From: Cyanophora paradoxa CCMP329
Taxonomy: Eukaryota > Plantae > Glaucophyta
Assembly: GCA_004431415.1 (NCBI GenBank)
Contig: QPMI01000515.1
Coordinates: 62,001-126,000 of the forward strand
Reading direction: 5' to 3'
DNA length: 64,000 nt
Within the stretch, counting starts at the first letter, position 1, and the number at the start of each line of letters is the position of its first letter. Shown in pieces: positions 59,827 to 64,000 of the stretch. The position numbers and the translations under genes are program-made. The notes under the pieces are model-generated. The model was not told the DNA's origin and ran no database searches. It saw only the letters and a list, made by a program, of their open reading frames with translations.

Positions 59827-61139
59827 CTGTAAGGCTATTATTATAGGCGGGTTCAAACTTAGACGTTTGCCGTCTCCGCGTGATAGGCAGGGTTTAATAT
59901 AGACGCGTGTATTCGGATAGACGAGGGGGGGGTACCCCCTGGCGCGCAGCGCCAGGCGGGGGGGGCTGGCAGGGCTCTACAGCTGCGAAACAGAGGTGCG
60001 GAGGGAGCCCAGGCCGCACTCCTGCCAGGAGGCGACGCCGACGGTCTTGTTGGCGCGGAGGTCGTTCCAGCTCTGGACCATCCAGGTGAGGTGCGGGTCC
60101 TGGGGTCATGTGTAAGCGAGGAGAGGGCTAGGCCTAGGGGCGGACCTTGATGCGGACGAGGGAGACGTCGACTTGGAGCTTGAACTTCGCAGCGAGCGCG
60201 GGGTTCTTCTCCTCCAGCTCCTTCTTCTTGTTGAGCAGGCGGCACATCTCGTTCGAGTACCACTCGATGAAGCGCTTCTTGATGCCTTGCTTGAAGGCGG
60301 CGTTGAGCACTGCGTCGCAGGGCTGCAGCTCGGCTGGGGGGCGGGAGGGGTCAGAGGGGCGGGTCAGAGGGGCGGGAGGGGTGGGCCGGGGGGAGGGGCG
60401 CACAGGTGCAGTTGGGCGGGAGAGTGTAGGGGATCCAGCCGTCGGCGACGAGCAGGTCCCGGAACTCCTGGCCAGTCTCAGCGGCGCCCCCGCCCCCGAG
60501 AGCTGCTTGACGTACTCCGCGAGCGCATCGTCAAGGTCGTTGCCGAGAAGCAGCGGGCGTCCGGCACGCTTGCCGGGCCAGATCTGAAGCTCCTGCGCCT
60601 TCTTGCCCTGCTCCTTCGCTGCCGCCGCGAGCTTCGCCTCCCACTTGCGGACAGCCGACTCGCGCAGCTCGCCATAGCCCTCCTCAGCTACGCGTGCTTT
60701 GAACTTGCGCAGCGTGAAGCGCGGGTGCGACTGCAGCTGGTACTGCGCTATCTCAAGCTTCAGCTCCGGCGGCACGCTGGACTTCTTGGCGCGCTTCTTC
60801 TTCTCCGGCCGAGTAAGCAGCTCCGCCGCCACTGCAGCGTTGCACGCCTCCGTCCGCTGCCGCTGCGTCGCGCCACCAGTCGGCTCTGGCAAAGTCACAC
60901 CAGGCACGACGGGCCTCGGAACTCGCTGAAAGAACCTAGTGAGCGGAGCAGACACGCCGTTCTTCGCTGCGGACGCCGCGCGCCGCTGCTGCTCCTCGCT
61001 AAGACTCATCGCGTTCGAAGTTTGGCGCGCTTTCGCTGCTGCGAACGAAGCGCACGAAGTGAAGTTCTTATTTAGACGAATGAGGTAGCTCGTCTATTTA
61101 CGCCTATATTAATACCCGCCTAAAATAATAGCCTTACAG
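59827..61139 (-). mobile_element. Internally deleted pogo-superfamily DNA transposon (1313 bp)
   Basis: TIRs CTGTAAGGCTATTATT(A/T)TAGGCGGGT at both ends (26 bp, 1 mismatch), each flanked by TA (59825-59826 and 61140-61141). It encloses a transposase remnant. Confidence 0.92.
59977..61009 (-). pseudogene. pogo-type transposase remnant (Brinker-like HTH, start of CENP-B HTH, C-terminal part of DDE_1) with two introns
   Basis: PELKLEIAQY...ESAVRKW and GRPLLLGNDLDDALAEYV are joined out of frame at ~60480 to ETGQEFRDLL...TLPPNCT|SELQPCDAVLNAAFKQ...RIK|DPHLTWMVQSW...SWQECGL. Introns at 60334-60403 and 60100-60145 are GT-AG on the minus strand. Confidence 0.88.
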
Positions 61140-61418
61140 TAGTCTACTACTGCTGAAAACAAATCCATATATAGAGCCAAAGAGCAATTTCTGAGCAAAG
61201 TTCTCAGCAAACGTCGATCTGGCTGCAATTCTTTTTTGTTTCTGGCTGGCGAAACGTCGATCTGGCTGGCTGCGGCAATTCCGGCAATTTTGTTTTTTTC
61301 TACGGTCGTCTCTGACGTCGATGGGTCCGCTGAATAAAAATTGACGTCAGGTTCGAGAAAAAAACCCGAAGCTCGGAACTACGAAAAACCGAACTTCGGA
61401 ACTGCCGTAATTAACCTA

Positions 61419-61717
61419 CCGTGTAATAATCGATCACCGCGCCACAATAAAATTACCGCGCGCGCTCTAGAATTTGTGCGCCGATAACTTGCGATAAGCG
61501 CTTTAACGCGGCACCAAATTACCGCGCGCGTTTTCATCAAACCGCTCGAGCTCATAGAAAAGTTTTAGCTAGCGCTATAGTCACTGAGTAAAAGACAATT
61601 ACGTATACTGCTCTGCCAAATTTCCGCGTTCTCAAACTTTTGAGCGCAATATACGTAATATTGACATATTATATTGTAGCGTAGTACGTATACTAGTAGT
61701 TATGTCAGCGCGGTAAT
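61419..61717. mobile_element. Decayed copy of the MITE family found at 62099-62592
   Basis: TA|CCGT start and collinear motifs ACCGCGCCACA, ATTACCGCG, GCGCTTTA, CCAAATT, TTTTGAGCGC and GTCAGCGCGGTA. The right TIR is missing. Confidence 0.6.
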
Positions 61718-62098
61718 CGGAAGTTCGGAACTACAAAAAATTACTATCACGAAAAAAATCGAACTTCGGAACTAGCTCTGCGGCGTCTGCGCCGACTCTA
61801 GATCTAGGCTCATCTAGCGCTGGGTGCCGCAGCACTGCCGCTGGCTATGGCTCTACATCAGACTAGTAGAGACTCAATACTAGAGAGACTACCGTAGTAC
61901 ATGCCATAAATCCCATGATGCTACCATTGCTACCAATGCTACGTAGTACGTACTGGTCTACCGTAGACTCCGTAATACTACGGCGTATACAGTATACGTA
62001 TACACGGTCTACCGTAGACTCCCGGAGTCCGTATACTGTATATATTACTCCGTAATACTACGGCGCGGTACACTGTGGCAAATACGTATGCTATGATA

Positions 62099-62592
62099 CC
62101 GTAGACGACTTAAATACCGCGCCACATACCGTGTAACACTATATTAAGGTACTCACTTTATTATGTCATCCCCAAATTATGTCGCCTCGGACATGACATA
62201 ACGACATAATTTGGGACCGTCATAAAACGGGTATAGTAAGTCGCCCGTACAATTGACCGCCCCATACAAGCCCAAAAATTTCATGCCGACATAATTTGGG
62301 ACCGTCATATTTCGCATAGAGAAGGGTCGGGTTTTATAACGACATAAATTTGACCGTCATAATATAGTGTCACACGGTATTACCGCGTTCTAAAATTTCG
62401 GCGCCGGTATGCGCTTTACCGCGCTTCCAAATTACCGCGTTCCATCGTCTTCGAAAATGTATTATTTGTTAGCAAAGGGGGTATAATACAGTACTAATAC
62501 TGCGCTACCAAATTACTGCGTTCTAAAAATTTTGAGCGCGGTAATTTGGCAGCGCGGTAGTTAAGTCAGCGCGGTATATAACTCGTCTACGG
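62099..62592. mobile_element. pogo-type MITE (outer element of a nest)
   Basis: 24-bp TIRs CCGTAGACGA(C/G)TTA(A/T)ATACCGCGC with TA on both sides (62097-62098 and 62593-62594). Confidence 0.85.
62129..62377. mobile_element. pogo-type MITE (249 bp) nested in the outer MITE
   Basis: 18-bp TIRs CCGTGT(A/G)ACACTATATTA; TA duplication at 62127-62128 and 62378-62379; internal GACATAATTTGGGACCGTCATA repeats. Confidence 0.85.
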
Positions 62593-62688
62593 TATGGCAG
62601 TGACTGCCAGTGAGTCGCCGACTCGCCGCCGACTCGGCGCCGGTGAGTCGCCGCCGACGTCGACTCGAGCTCGCCGGTGACACGCCTA

Positions 62689-62817
62689 CCAGTATAACAC
62701 CATAATATGACGGGCACTTTACTATGTCGGCACCAAATTATGTCGGTTCGGACATGTTAAAACGACATAATTTGGGACCGTCATAAATCGGGTACAGTAA
62801 GCCGCCCCACACAATTC
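62689..62817. mobile_element. Truncated, diverged copy of the inner MITE
   Basis: 62716-62817 aligns by eye with 62155-62255 (CCAAATTATGTCG...CGACATAATTTGGGACCGTCATAAA). Confidence 0.65.
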
Positions 62818-63248
62818 GATGCATGCGCATGCGCATGCGCAGTGCGTGCATCCGATGATCACGGTGCATGTACATGTCAAGAATTCGGTGCGTTGATTTC
62901 TATCCGCGCTAATTAACATTATATAATTACTAGGAGCGCGGTATATGTACTAGTATATATGTGTGTTTGTACGGAGGTTTTAGCAGCAGTAGTTTAACTA
63001 CGTATACTCAGAACCGTGACAGAAGTTCACAGAACGACGACGTACGCGTTGGACGTCACGCGTCGACTCTGAGCTAGCGACGAAAAGAAAGCAACTGAAG
63101 GGCCGTGATCGTGAAGGCCTAGACTGAAGGCGTAGGCTGAAGCTAGTATCGGAGTAGGCCGAAGCCACTTTGTCCGCTAGCTATAGGGCGTCCGGATCCT
63201 TGCATGCGTATTCGTTGCTGCGGCGATCGGCCGGCGCAGGAGGTGCCG

Positions 63249-63920
63249 ATGCGGGCGCCAAATAAACCGATGTGGCGGTCGGTGCTCGTGGTGAACGCTC
63301 TGATCTACGCGCTCCTTTTGACCGCGGGCCGTGCCGAGGATGGCTACATCGCCCGTCCAGCGCGGACTCCGCCCTGCGGGGCCGCGTCCCCCGCCGCGAT
63401 CGACGCGACTGCCGCGGCGTCGGAGGGGGGCGTGGATGTCAGCGGAACCACCTCCGGGGGCGTCAGCGTGAATCCGTTCGGCATCACGAAGTCTTACGTG
63501 CTCAATTATCCGTCGACAAGTGATAGCTTCGATGGGACCAACTCGCCACCAGCATCTCGGCCGGACAGGCCAGAGCCCGTGTACTACCACGGACACCCGG
63601 CTCGTGAGCAACTCTGATGCAAGCGGCCTTCAAAGGCTTCGCGCTGCATTGAAGATTTATGTGTAACCGGCCCCGAATGCAGCGGAGAGGTGGTACACTC
63701 TGACACTCTTCGAAGACGCGTGCGTGAGCACGCATTGTGTTTCACTTGCGTATCGCTGACTGCAGCTGGCTGGCTGCGAATTCGCGCATGCGTAGGGTAG
63801 TCAAGATCCGACCGGACGCCACCAAAATCAAATGGACCAACGAATTTATGCTATACGTCTTCAGGAGCGATATCTGCTCCGCAAACGTCACGGCGGAGTA
63901 TGCCTTGTTGCACCATGGCA
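63249..63920 (+). CDS. 5' part of a secreted or membrane protein gene (continues past the window)
   Basis: Signal-peptide-like MWRSVLVVNALIYALLLTAGRA (ATG at 63249 or 63270). Exon to ~63603, a 10-nt exon at 63683-63692 and an exon at 63796-63920 join in frame (HPA|PERW|VVKIRPDATKIKW...). Confidence 0.65.
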
Positions 63921-64000
63921 GTGCGCGCGCTAGCTCTTCCGGATTTAGAGAGCGAGATCGATATCACTTGCGTGCGCCTTTGATTCTAGGTCTCATTGAA

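Noticed and set aside
1-64000. Species assignment (style is reminiscent of GC-rich, microexon-rich protists such as the glaucophyte Cyanophora)
   Set aside because: No diagnostic marker is present; a thioredoxin BLAST or phylogeny would be needed.

Overview
This is eukaryotic, GC-rich, very intron-dense genomic DNA. Introns are mostly 45-110 nt with GTGCGC-like donors, CTGAC-like branch points and YAG acceptors, so the six-frame ORF track only shows exon fragments. Contents: (1) a giant + strand single-pass surface-protein gene (from 630 or earlier to about 21.2 kb) with a LamG/ConA-like domain, an FN3 domain, about 31 one-exon phase-1 beta-sandwich-like modules, three kelch modules and a recent ~1.64-kb tandem exon-cassette expansion; (2) a second giant + strand gene (26043-54692) with a signal peptide, a long Cys-rich repeat stalk and three predicted TM helices; (3) a 12.65-kb LTR element inserted into an exon of gene 2, with apparently identical 283-bp LTRs, a GTCCC target-site duplication, PBS-like and PPT sites, and an interior holding only faint Ty3/gypsy-like remnants saturated with short palindromes; (4) a GC-rich ~100-bp minisatellite; (5) a 7-exon thioredoxin with 17- and 8-nt microexons; (6) a cluster of TA-targeting pogo-type DNA transposons and nested MITEs; (7) the start of a third secreted-protein gene. 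The most unusual signal is pervasive palindrome-creating micro-insertion or substitution in unconstrained DNA, visible directly by comparing paralogous copies inside this window. All gene models were spliced by eye and no database search was run.
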